Notes under the pieces: model-generated | The model's input: only the letters and a program-made list of their open reading frames with translations | Databases searched by the model: none | What the model was told of the DNA's origin: nothing | In this document: one piece after another, positions 1 to 11,123 of the stretch | Layout of the letters: the number at the start of each line of letters is the position of its first letter | Numbering within the stretch: position 1 is the stretch's first letter | Source of the DNA: Blastocystis sp. subtype 4 | Lineage: Eukaryota | Direction: 5' to 3' | Assembly: GCF_000743755.1 (NCBI RefSeq) | Contig: NW_014569495.1 | Location: 1 to 44,983, forward strand | Length of the DNA stretch: 44,983 bases | Translations under genes and position numbers: made by a program

Positions 1-351
1 CCCTTGTACACAATGTTTCCATTCATTCCTTCTATCTCAATCCAAGCTCCATTAGACCAGGAATCACCATATGAATCCTTCATCTCAAGGGAGTATTGAT
101 TGTTCGTTGAAGGCTGTAAGCATACTTCAAGAACTCTTACATCATTGTTCACCAATGAAGGGGACGTGAAAACCACAGTGGCACCGTCAGAGATTGTAAA
201 AGACTCTTCAATAGCAAAGCTAACTGTTTTCTTCGTAATCTTTACATACACCTGACTAGACGGACAGTCAACAGCAGTAGTTAGAGTAGCTATAGATAAA
301 ACAATATCAAAGGTGGCAACCTATGACCAACCAAAACACAAACCGATTCAT
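1..351 (-). CDS. Secreted/surface protein, 5' part (continues beyond window start)
   Basis: ATG at 351 and a 31-nt GT-AG intron (290-320) give MNRFVFWLVIATLTTAVDCPSSQVYVKITKK...CLQPSTNNQYSLEMKDSYGDSWSNGAWIEIEGMNGNIVYK, open to position 1. Signal-peptide-like N-terminus and a DSYGDxW motif typical of extracellular beta-sandwich modules. Confidence 0.7.
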
Positions 352-1565
352 TTCCAAAGAATATTGTGTCGTTGTTGTATACTATTGGCAATATTCTAAT
401 AGAACGAATGACCAGGAATTATGATAATAACTATGGAAATGGCGATCACTAAATGGAAATTGTGTATATTATACTACTACTTTCACTGATGAGTATTCGT
501 GGTATTACTCATCATTTATATAAAGGATGTGCCTTTTGCATTATATACTATAAACCAGAGTACCTTCCTATCTAGAAGAGAAAGGCTATATCATATGAAC
601 TTAATTAAATGATAACTGAGATTCATCTGAGAGTTTCAAGCATAATATGTAAGAAGAGAAGGACGTAAGGACTCCGTTCTTAAAGAAAACAATGATTCTA
701 AGGAGATCATTGATTGGTTGCACCAAGACAAACCAATAATAATGTAGAATAACAAATGATTGGCTCAAACGGCGGCAAATGCTCTTGCTGTTGCTATTGG
801 AAGATACCATGAAGCACTACGAATAGTTGAAAAAACGTAGAATTACTCTCCCTATAGTTATCAGGTTAATCTAGACAAGGTAAGTGATAAACCAGAACAT
901 CTTCAGTAGAGTCAATACGTAATCATATTATCAGTTGTGTAGAAGATGTCAGCTGAACATTTCCTTAGATAAGGAACGAGTTCATGGTCACTTGGCATCG
1001 TTGCATTTGGTCCTATAGTATTGTCCCATCAGATCATCGATATCACTTTCACTCGCTATTGTAATAATTAACCGTCACTGACCAAACCTGGATCATTTCA
1101 ACAAATAACTTGTGAAGCTAAAACAGAAATGACAGTTTATAAACAACTTTGAGTTGATTAAGCTCTTGTGTCTGTTTGCTAACGAATACAAGTTAGAGGA
1201 GTGACGTGAGGTTTCATGTCAAGAGGACGAATACAGTACTTCCTACTTCTCAAACACCGACAGTTGTATGAGAAGGGCATACATTGATTTGATGAGATTG
1301 TGAGCACCACGTACAGTGAATTGACTCTCATCAACTCCCAATACTCGACAGAATATGAACTCAGAAATGGTATCAAAGAGAAATACTTCGTAAGTGGGGA
1401 AATCATTCTATGAACGAGATTGAGTGAATCAACAGTAATGACTACTATTACCGCTAATCGATTTTTAATCCCTGCTATTGTTGGTAAATAACTAAAACTA
1501 ATTGTTTCAGGCTACTTGATATCTATCTGTATATAACATCAAACAAATTGCACACTATTCTACAA

Positions 1566-2738
1566 TCACTTCCCTTGTCGAAAGGAATCGATAACAATCA
1601 AATCAACTGGCGAGAAACGATGAACAGCTGCATAATTTCCATTCAACACTTCATTCAGTGGTAATTGATTCACACTAATATACTTCTTATCATCCACAAT
1701 CAATACTCCATATCGATCCATAATCTGTCCATAATAGGCATCATCAAGATAATGAATAGGTCGAACTGTTTCTGAACCCTCAACAATTGTTTGCAAAACA
1801 TCCCTAGATAGAATACACATACATCCAGATATATAGGGAGGGAAAAACGGCTGAGAATAAACACTGTAAGGCAAATAATATTTATGATTGGGATCTCGAA
1901 ATGGCTTCGCTCCTCGAAAAACGTGACCATAAGCAAAACTACTTGGCATGGACGGAATGATTCGATTCGCAACAGTATTCAAATTGACAAACATATCAGC
2001 ATCAGTACGCACATAAAACTTCATGGAAGGACAATGATTCATTGTCCAGTTAAAAGACTGTAGCTGAAGAATTGTAAGATTTAAATACGTATCAGCAATG
2101 TCGAATTGAACAATGTCATTATAGAGTGATGCTTCTTGTTGAAGAAATGCATTGTCACTTGGATGGGATGTCATTCCTGAGTAGAAATAACACCGTACAC
2201 CTTTTACACCATGATGAGACTCTTTACACCAGCTATTCCGAATTGCAAAACGCTCTGCAAACTGAAATGGAGCTGTAACGATTCCAACCACAATTTTGGT
2301 ATCCTCACAGTATTTTCCATTGATTAATACCTGTACATGATCCGGAACTTCAAGATGCAAATCTTCTTCTTTGTATTTGTTTGTCGCATATTTACTCTCA
2401 ATCTTATTATATGACAAACAATCCCCTTTAGTTTCCTCAAAACACCGCCTCTCTTGAACTGAATACGATAGCAGACTTCCTTTCAATCGACCTAAATACC
2501 GTTCATAAGACCTCTCCTTCTCATAGTCTGGATACAGTTTCTTCCTTTCATCAGAGTAAACAAAGCGATCCGAAGAAGATGACGAAGTGATAGGGATTGC
2601 ACTCGGACGAACACGCACAGAAAGGAGCATCATTTTCAATGGGGCTCGGATTGAAATGAGAAAGCCATTAAGAGTAAGAAGGACAAATAAGAGGCCAGAA
2701 CACAACCCGAACATGACCATAGAGTGTGTGATTCTCAT
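1566..2738 (-). CDS. Beta-1,3-galactosyltransferase, CAZy GT31 (Galactosyl_T), type II membrane protein, intronless
   Basis: 390-aa ORF with N-terminal TM helix and GT31 motifs RFAIRNSW, EASLYNDIVQFDIADTYLNLT, RTDADMFVN (DxD), FPPYISGCMCILS, LDDAYYG. Confidence 0.9.
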   Translation of the reverse strand: MRITHSMVMFGLCSGLLFVLLTLNGFLISIRAPLKMMLLSVRVRPSAIPITSSSSSDRFVYSDERKKLYPDYEKERSYERYLGRLKGSLLSYSVQERRCFEETKGDCLSYNKIESKYATNKYKEEDLHLEVPDHVQVLINGKYCEDTKIVVGIVTAPFQFAERFAIRNSWCKESHHGVKGVRCYFYSGMTSHPSDNAFLQQEASLYNDIVQFDIADTYLNLTILQLQSFNWTMNHCPSMKFYVRTDADMFVNLNTVANRIIPSMPSSFAYGHVFRGAKPFRDPNHKYYLPYSVYSQPFFPPYISGCMCILSRDVLQTIVEGSETVRPIHYLDDAYYGQIMDRYGVLIVDDKKYISVNQLPLNEVLNGNYAAVHRFSPVDLIVIDSFRQGK

Positions 2739-2823
2739 CCTCTAAGAAGAACAACTGTTTACGCCATTTGGGTATGCCTCATTCGGCAACCCCACTTGAC
2801 GATGGCGCACTTTACATTCTACA

Positions 2824-3784
2824 ATGTCAACAGACATTCCACCTAGTGGTGGCAACAATTCAGATCATTTAGAAGAACAAGCTATGGAAATTGAAGCCAT
2901 GCAAGCTGTTTTTATGGATGACTTCAATTGTGGGATTCTTTTGAGATTCTGATTTTGTAGTAATATCAAACGATCCAGGGACATTCAAAATCAAACTTGT
3001 TCCAGAGTTAGGAGGTGAGAATTACGGTTGGTGCTAGATATCCTATATTACTTAGTTGGAATTTCTATGGTCATTCGATATACTCCGATGTATCCAGATG
3101 ATGTTCCGAATATTTGTTTTGTTGATGCAGTCAATATTCCTGAAGATGACATTATTAGTTTAACCCAAATGATTTATGTGCTCTCTGTATACTCGTTTTG
3201 GTTATTTCTAGGACAAAGCACCAGATTTTCTTGGCATGGCCATGGTGTATAATCTTACTGAAGTTGTCAAGGATTGGTTGATCGACCGGAATGTTCCTCA
3301 TGTTGAGGTATTGGAATCCTGATAATGTTAGTTTTAGGAAGGTTCCATGTATGAGGAGATGGTGAAGCGTCAACAACGGGAAAAAGAGGCAGAATCTTCT
3401 GCAGCAGCTGTTGTAGTTTGTTTTGTCGGCGTTTTATGTAGTTGGCCGAAGATTCGGCGGAGCAGGAACGGGTACGACACCCAAAGAATTGGGGAACACC
3501 TGTTACCCCAGAGTCATTTGCAATTTGGAAGGCTAAATTTGATTCTGAGATGCAGGTAAGTGAACGAACTATATCTACAAAGCCAACTGGAAGAGAATTG
3601 TTTGAACGTAATGGAAAGTCGATTTTGGAAAATGAAGACGCAAGTTTGTAATTGGGGGAGTTATGACCTGTAGTTCTGGATAAAGCAGATCAGGAGACAG
3701 AAGATGATGGTTGGTGCCAGTGGAACGGATCAATCATAGATGATCATATCGAAGTAAAAGAAAGTGACGAGGAGGATGAGAGTT
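2824..3784 (+). CDS. RWD domain-containing protein (RWDD1/Gir2-like)
   Basis: Spliced product: EEQAMEIEAMQAVF, YTPMYPDDVP (RWD YPxxxP), GMAMVY, GTPVTPESFAIWKAKFDSE, KPTGRELFE, acidic tail. Several ~30-nt introns. Predicted end ...DEEDES + T(3784) completed to UAA by poly(A). Confidence 0.85.
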
Positions 3785-3788
3785 TGTG

Positions 3789-3796
3789 TGTTTGTT
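3789..3796 (+). terminator. TGTTTGTT 3'-end/polyadenylation motif of the RWD gene
   Basis: Perfect motif starting 5 nt after T3784, which is in codon position 1. Confidence 0.8.
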
Positions 3797-3804
3797 CAAA
3801 CACA

Positions 3805-5322
3805 TCATTTCAACTGTTCTAATGCAACTATTATACTAACTCGATTTGATGACTTACACTGTTTGGCCAGTTCCTATCCATCATATTCCTCAGATATCTC
3901 TACATGACAAATCTTATCTATACTTCCTTCCTTTTTCCAGATCGGATCATCTACAGTTTTGAGAACCTGACGAACAACATCTTGCATATTCTCATTACCC
4001 AAAGCAGCTGCCTGAAACAATTGCATAGCTCGTTCTCCTTGGGGTTGAAGAAAAGGATGTTGAAGAAGGCCGCTCGGACCTCCAATAGACGGTCGCTTCA
4101 TTGGATTCCGCTGTAAACATGACTTTAAGACATCCATCAACCATGGATTACTATGACTCAGTTTGGTCACGAATTCCTACTCTAGTTTTGGAAATGGAAT
4201 TGGTTGTTGCGCATTGGTAATAGCAGCGAGTTTCTGAGCAATTGGAAGGTTCTGAAAGGGAGAAACTCCATACACCATCTGGTAGAGAATGCATCCTAAG
4301 GACCAAACATCACAGGATCGGCGAATCTACGATCACAGGAATTCTCTACACCCACTCGAATGCCTCGACCTCCTTTGCCATCTCCTACATCCAGCAACGC
4401 TTCTGGAGATATGTAATTGAGTGTCCCCACTTGACTATCTCGTAATACACTGGTTGTTTCGGGTGCGATGGCTCGCGCGATACCAAAATCAATAAGTTTT
4501 AGACATCCACGAACAAATAGGAAGTTTCCTGGCTTGAGGTCACTGTGAATGATATTTGCTTGGTGAATCGTATGCACTGATGTAAGCATTTGTTGCCACA
4601 AAAGTCGGACATAGTTCATATCAATGGGTACATTCTTCTCCTGATTCTGAGCAAGAAAGGACTTCAAATCTGTTTCCCCATATTCCATTAGCTATATATG
4701 AATTATCTCAATGAATAAAACGATGAGAAGTCGCTTTGACTGTGTGTCAATCTCATAATCAACTAGTTCGATGATTCCCTCTTTCCCACGTAGCTGACGC
4801 AATAATCGAACTTCGTTCACATAATCCTGTATTTGGCTCTTCGGAAGATCTGCCAAGTTAACACATTTCAAGGCCAATTCATCATTTTCTTCGTTTAATA
4901 CTTTGTATACAACACAACTGCTTCCCTTTCCTATCACGTTGAGTCGGATATACGCCTTCTGGTTAATCTAGAGGAAATGGAGCATTGCGAACATACATAG
5001 ATAGTTTCAAATTGACTGGATACTACGGCAAGAGTCTTCGAATCAGCAGTATCTTTAACTTCATTAGAATCACATTTTCTGGGATTGCAGTCTGATAAAT
5101 TCTCTTGTTGATAGATACCCATCCGTTTAGAAGATGGAAGAGTGATCCGCTTTGATTCTTCTAGTTGTCGTCGTAATGATTGCCGATCGAAATCAATTTC
5201 TGATTTAGTTACTCTCCGTGGTCCTTCTGGTTGAGAAATTGAAAGAAGGGCATACGAGAATGAATGCGCAAAGGACGATGATATGAGCGTGATGGAGTGT
5301 TGAATTTATTATCTCCATCCAT
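3805..5322 (-). CDS. MPS1: Mps1/TTK dual-specificity spindle-checkpoint kinase
   Basis: IGKGSSCVVYKV, ALKCV, MEYGETDL, WQQMLTSVHTIH, HSDLKPGNFL, LKLIDFGIA, RDSQVGTLNYISPEAL, LGCILYQMVYG, CLQRNPMKRPSI, LLQHPFL. Stop TGA at 3805-3807. Start at 5322 is tentative. Confidence 0.88.
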
Positions 5323-5415
5323 TATGCATCCAAAGAGGATGATTAATTGAAGCTGGAAAAAAAAGTGCTCTAGAATGGAACTACAGTTTGTTGGAATAGT
5401 AAAGGGAAGGATTGC

Positions 5416-5423
5416 AACAAACA
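5416..5423 (-). terminator. TGTTTGTT 3'-end motif of the Nup88-like gene
   Basis: Plus-strand aacaaaca at 5416-5423. Motif begins 5 nt after the T of the TGA stop. Confidence 0.8.
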
Positions 5424-5425
5424 TA

Positions 5426-7704
5426 TCACAGTTCTTTCTCTATCCTCTGGATCATAAGATGCTTATGCAATCGCACTTCAAACTCTTCAAACATCCTTTC
5501 TACTTCCTTCTTCAATTCGCTTGAATTCTTTAACGTTTCTTGAAGAAACGAAACGTCATGCTGAAGTTGATCTGTCATGGGAACAGGATTTGCAGTATGA
5601 TGTTCCCTTAAAAGTGAAACGAGTTCTACCCTTTCTTCGGCTTCCTTCAAGCACTGATGGATTTCCTCAGACTCTTCATACAGTGCATTCGTCTTCTCCT
5701 GAATACTATCATTTATCTCCACAATTCTTACGTACCACACTTCCTGAATGGACGACTTTTCAAGACATTTTTGTAGTTTCTTCGATTAATAAATCTCTCA
5801 ATCCTTACCTGGATAACTCGCATAAAACAGGCCTCGAGAGCTTGCTGTTTCTGGAAGGTTGCTTCAGCGCTTGCCTGCAGCTCACTGTTGGTTGTCTCCA
5901 CTTCTTGTATCTCTTTCTTCAGTCTATCTGAAGCAGTCTTCAGTTCTTCCAGACGCTGTGTGGAACGGACGGACTCTTCGTGGATTTCTCGCTTTACACG
6001 ACTCACAGACGCTAACTGTGGCGACTAGACATCAAAGCATACAATCCATACTACCAAATATGCTTGTAGTACTCGACTCAACACACTGTTGTCAATATGG
6101 TCACTTGCAACTCTTGCCACATTCAACTGCTCCACATAACGAGCCCACAAGTCTGTTGATGTCTGTTGCATCATCGCAACAGCCTCATCAAGAGGTGATG
6201 GAGCAGATTCAGGGGCTTCCACCTTGGCATCCTCATTTACTTCACTCAACCACTCATAACCACGACTCAAGGGAAGAGTAGAGATAGATTTATTGGGAGA
6301 AAGATGAATCAGTACATGACCCAACCCAGGAGATAATACAGCAACCACTTCCCTCTTCTCCTTGCGTTCTGCAATGGGAAGCATTAGGGGTTCTCCTCGT
6401 TTGTGTGTCTCCACAATATCATATAACCACGGGAATTGGATACTCACAATTTGATCCTCCAGAAGTAACACAAACGAACATGGAATCGCATCAGGAAGAA
6501 CAGTCTCACAATGAAGATTAGCGAGGGAGTAGGAGGCGATGCAAATAAGACTCTACGAGTGATACCGTCTCTCCATCAGTACATCCGAAGCACAAGGTTC
6601 CTTAATACACCGTAAGGATATGCGAAGGGTTGAATGATCCAAAATACAGAATACAGCAACTACATCAGTCGAGAGAGGCTGTCTAGAAGTGAATAATAAC
6701 CGATATTCAAACATTCGAATCTGACCAGATTGAAAACGATTTGTAGATGGCAGATTGTCCGATTGTTTTAAAGATATATCAGGTTGTATTTCACTTACAC
6801 CAAGTTGCTTGTTGGTTACACTCAATTGTTTGTTAGCTACACTCAATTGTTTGCCAGCTACACCAAACTGCTTTCCATTCACATCCAACTGCTTGCTATT
6901 CACACCAAATTGTTTCGAAGTCACATCAGGTTGTTTTCCAACTATATCCAATGGCTTACCATCCACTTCCGGTTGTTTCACAATCACAAACGGCATGCCC
7001 ACTTGTCGAGACGATACAGAACGCATGTATTTCTCGTTACATTGCTCCCAAGAATACAACCACTCATTTAACTCGGTATGACCCTCTTCAATCAATGAAG
7101 CATATGCCTTCAATGGTAACTGATAGCCCTCAATGCAAAACGGCATTTCTATTCCCACATCTCCCGTCGAATACAAAACATAAAGAGCGAACTGATCACT
7201 TCCAATACCACTTCCAAAACATACACTCAAGGGACATGCCTCAGGAATGGATACTGAAGTCTGGGAAATTGGTTCTGCTGACGAGAGAGGCGAAAATGAT
7301 AACAAAGATCCATTACAAAACACCACAATCATGTAATTGGATAAACGCGGATGACAGTGCACACATGCAATCGGACTCTGTATTTCACCTGTTGAAAGAC
7401 ATCTAGAAATGAGCACACTTCAATTAACCTACACAACTCGAAGGCTATTATTCTTCGAAAAGGTCAACCGACTACCCATCTGTCTATTTGGAAGAATCAA
7501 AACATGTACAGATGATTTTCCATAAATACAGATGAACCGAGAGTGGCTATCGCAATCCATGCTTTCAGCATCTTTCAAATTCATAGGGAGAAACACCTCC
7601 TCCACAATGGGATTACTATCGCCAAGGTAACTGTACAGTAATGAAGTGCCCTTGACCAAGGCAAAACAATCAAGCGAATTCGTTACCGTCACACAGTTTG
7701 GCAT
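5426..7704 (-). CDS. Nucleoporin Nup88/Nup82-like (N-terminal beta-propeller, C-terminal coiled coil)
   Basis: Propeller-type segments (FICIYGKSSVHVLILP, VHCHPRLSNYMIVVFCNG, SVCFG...FALYVLYSTGDV) followed by a long coiled coil (exons ~5426-6200). Architecture and the LYVLxxxGDV segment recall Nup88. Start tentative. Confidence 0.55.
6769..6978 (-). repeat. Coding 21-nt (7-aa) tandem repeat, 10 degenerate units, in the Nup88-like gene
   Basis: KQPEVDG KPLDIVG KQPDVTS KQFGVNS KQLDVNG KQFGVAG KQLSVAN KQLSVTN KQLGVSE IQPDISL. Confidence 0.85.
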
Positions 7705-7876
7705 TGTTATTCTTGTTGTTGAAATATCTGCGTTATGAAACAACAAGAAAAGCAAAGGATAAAACAAATCTGATTGATCTCTTCTGTCATCTATTTCCCA
7801 TTTTCCATTTGTCTATCGCGAAATGAAATTATCTAGTCATTCCCATCCTGTTAACAAACAGTCGATAAAAGACTCA

Positions 7877-8341
7877 TCACTTTCCTTTTCTCTTTCCTTC
7901 TCCCTTCTTTGGAGGGCCTTTTCCCTGAAAACGCTTTCTTCTGGCCTTCTTTTCCCAATAATCAGCCTGATCTGTTCTATAGGAACTTGCAATCCCTCCA
8001 TCCACATGTCGTCGCGTTCTAGCATAACGGTAGAAGAAAAGTTCTTCCTCATCGACCAATTGTCCAGCTTGTTTCTTTGCAAATGGATCTGATATCATTT
8101 CCGAATAGCGTAGCCACTGATACGGAGTAAAACCATTCACAATCAGATCATTCGTTGGATACTGCAAAGGAGTTCGTAGAATTTCCTTGATTGTCCTCGG
8201 ATTAGCCAATTCCATTTGTTTGGCGATTGGTTTCTTGTTATACGGTTTCAATCCTGTTCGAGCGAGAGAAGTGGTTGGCAAATTACCAAAGATCACTCGA
8301 CTAAGCTCCTGGATTTCCCGAGGGATTACTACCTTCTGCAT
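7877..8341 (-). CDS. Mitochondrial ribosomal small-subunit protein mS33 (Rsm27-like), intronless
   Basis: LSRVIFGNLP...RTG near the N-terminus and C-terminal RFQGKGPPKKGEGKR, characteristic of mS33. TGTTTGTT at 7853-7860 downstream. Confidence 0.72.
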   Translation of the reverse strand: MQKVVIPREIQELSRVIFGNLPTTSLARTGLKPYNKKPIAKQMELANPRTIKEILRTPLQYPTNDLIVNGFTPYQWLRYSEMISDPFAKKQAGQLVDEEELFFYRYARTRRHVDGGIASSYRTDQADYWEKKARRKRFQGKGPPKKGEGKRKGK

Positions 8342-8792
8342 TATGAAGGAGTAATCGGGTTGGCGAATAGTTGGGATTGTGCAGACTAATGAATTGTTGG
8401 GATCGCCCAAATAAGGTAGTAATACTAATCACAGAAAATGCCTTGATATTGAGAATTCCTAGAATAGTCAATTACTGAGACTATTCATTCCACTCGTATC
8501 TTGGGATCCCACATTCAATAAGTATCCTTCTAATCAGATCCATAATCCCAACTAGCTGTTTTGTCTAGTTATCTCGTATTCTCGTAACACCTTCTCACAA
8601 CAAGAATTACCAACTCCTTCTAAAGTCTGCTATTCACTTTCTCATCTCTAAATCGTCTCAATTCCTGTAGTAATAGCAATTCCTAATCTCATTTGAATTC
8701 ACACAAAATAGGGACAGAATTTGGAATCCAATTATCAGTATCTGTTCAGTTGGGGACGTTAACTTGGATTTAGTGTAATCGATTGCTAATAT

Positions 8793-11099
8793 ATGAGCGA
8801 AGTGTCATTCTCTCTGGGAAATCGAGTAGAGAGGATTTCCATAACGAAAGAGGACACCGACTCTTCAGTGGAGCAAAAACTCGTTGATATCTTTGGTATT
8901 AACGCAACAGCAGGTATCTATGGGATTCGAAATAGTGAGACGGGTCAAATTTACTCCCTTTTGGAGATCCGAGCCAATCCCATGCTCTTGAATGGCCAAC
9001 CTGGTCATATTATTGTTGGTGGTAGGGTGAAAAGTATTTGGATTAATCCGTAGTGTTATCACCGTCTTCTCGGAAGCGTCAAGCAACTCTTACTGTAAGA
9101 AATGGTGGTATTGTTTAATTGAAAGGAAAGTCTATTCAAATATATATTTAATGAATGTAATAATCGAAGGACGTTCCGTTTTCTCGATTACTTTGTTCTC
9201 CGTGTTTTATATAACAAGAAGGCATCCAGTCTAATTCCAGCTATCAATCTTATGATTGAGAATGATACAGAAGCTCTGAATCGGCATCTTCATCTGATCG
9301 TTTCTCAAGTGAAGGATTCTACGGCAATAAAGATGGGTGTTCTTCGACATATTGCAGTGAATATGCAAATGAATAAGGAAATCAGTTATGCTCATACATC
9401 GGTCTTGTTGAATCTGATCCAACAGGAAGATGGATTGGTGTGTGATGCATACATGCAGTTCGATGTAGGACTAATCATGATATATAATCTGTAGAAAGAT
9501 GACAATCTAGCAGAGCTGAAGAATGCTCTTCTTCGGATCCTTCTCCTTACGGTACGGCCATCTTGCATCTCTCCAGAAGAGAGGAACGAGGCACATCGAC
9601 GCCAGTCCCAGAATCGTGGTTCGTGGCGCACTCCTTCAGGGACCTTGGATATTAGTCGTGTTCTGGAGGAGCTCAGTCGCGCCGAACTCTTCCTCTATTC
9701 TCTTTTTGAACTGAATATCCTACCAGAAGGGACTGCAATGAGTCTTCTGCAAGCCGTCGGCGAAGACCCTAGCATACTTCATGCATTTGTGGAACTGATC
9801 ATCGATCCCACAACTAGTCTTCAGAATCCATCGACGTATGCTGCATTCATTCAGAGTCATAAGGTGGTTCCCCATGCGGCGCATCCTCTTCACTATCCGT
9901 TTCATGATGAACCCTATCCAACAGATCCTATTATCACTCAATTGTTGGAACTGCAGAAGTCTGGGATTATTTCAGCAGATGAGTATGTTGGACTGTATCG
10001 ACGTTGTACTACTGAATCTCCTGTGTTACGACATATTTATCACATGTGGAAGCAGACTGGAAAACAGGAAGAGTTTGGGAAGTCGATCAAATTGGCTATT
10101 TCTATTTATTCACTGTTACGACCCCACAGCGAAACCATTTCCGATCCAGCTCATGCAGCCATCCTTCAGCAGGTATATGATGCTGGGATGATGGGCGCGG
10201 AGGAACTGCGTTGGGTGATACAGGAGTACTGTCAAGGAAATGAGGTAGTACGGAGTGCCTTCTCTCTATGTGAGGAGACTCAGGATATGTGTGGATTCGT
10301 AGAGGTACTCCATAGTATGATGGAGATGGTACATCGTTATGAGATGGCTGAAGAGGCACAGGAGTTCTTGACGGTTCTTGTACGTGAGTTGCTGGAGGAA
10401 GGGAGTCTTTCTCAGCAGCAAGCCACGGTGTTGAGTGTATTGCTGCAAGAGCCTTCACAGTGTCTCTGTGACCTCTATCAGGAGTATCGGCGTTCAGGAG
10501 ACTTTGAGGGTTTGTTGGGTGCTCTTCTCTATGTAAGTTCTTCAGAACTTCCTTCGACAGAAGACACACCAGAGGAGGAAGCAGAGGAGAAAGAGAGTGT
10601 ATCGCTACCAAGTCGTGAGGAAGTGTTGGAGACAGTGAGGAGTTTGCAATCGACGATTTCGGAAGAAGAGAGAAATGTATTGATAAGCTTGATTGAGGAA
10701 GGAAATGTAGACGTTATTTGTTCTGTAGGGAAGTGAAGGGAGGATGAGGTGTAGATAGCAAGGTATTTGAATAGAAGTGATTCGCGTTCAGCCTCAGCAA
10801 CCACAACTCTCCTTCAGGAGTTAAGAAGTATTTTACGGGATCGGAGTTCGTCTTCAGTCGTATTGAATCCTATGGAATCCCGTCAGTAAGTTCATACTTG
10901 CTGCATCTCACTTCCATTTCGCCCTATCGTCCATTCCTTTTTATTTTATCATCCATCTCTTCTCATTTTATCATCCATCTCTTCACTTTTTATCCATTAC
11001 ATCCCTCTTATCCTTTCAACTAAATCTTCCATTGTATTCCCTCTTCATTCTCTTAGTACGTTTTCGATTCGTACATCCGAATTCTCGATGTATCATTAG
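8793..11099 (+). CDS. Hypothetical protein (short N-terminal beta-grasp-like segment, then helical acidic region)
   Basis: Chain of plus-strand exons (8793, 9252, 9645 ORFs) joined by short GT-AG introns. Probable last intron 10886-11056, TAG at 11097-11099, TGTTTGTT at 11105-11112. No family recognised. Confidence 0.6.
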
Positions 11100-11123
11100 T
11101 CTGTTGTTTGTTTAACAAATAAC

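Noticed and set aside
486..514. CTGATGAG resembling a hammerhead ribozyme core
   Set aside because: No stem II followed by GAAA; the motif is itself one arm of a simple inverted repeat.
6613..6621. ATATCCTTA on the minus strand as a U12 donor in the Nup88-like gene
   Set aside because: No CCTTNAY branch with AC at ~40 nt, and the frame is already maintained by a nearby 30-nt GT-AG intron.
10102..10611. 169-aa antisense ORF (also 6951..7406, 24241..24684, 31382..31861, 37469..38051)
   Set aside because: Antisense to better-supported genes, with no recognisable motifs.
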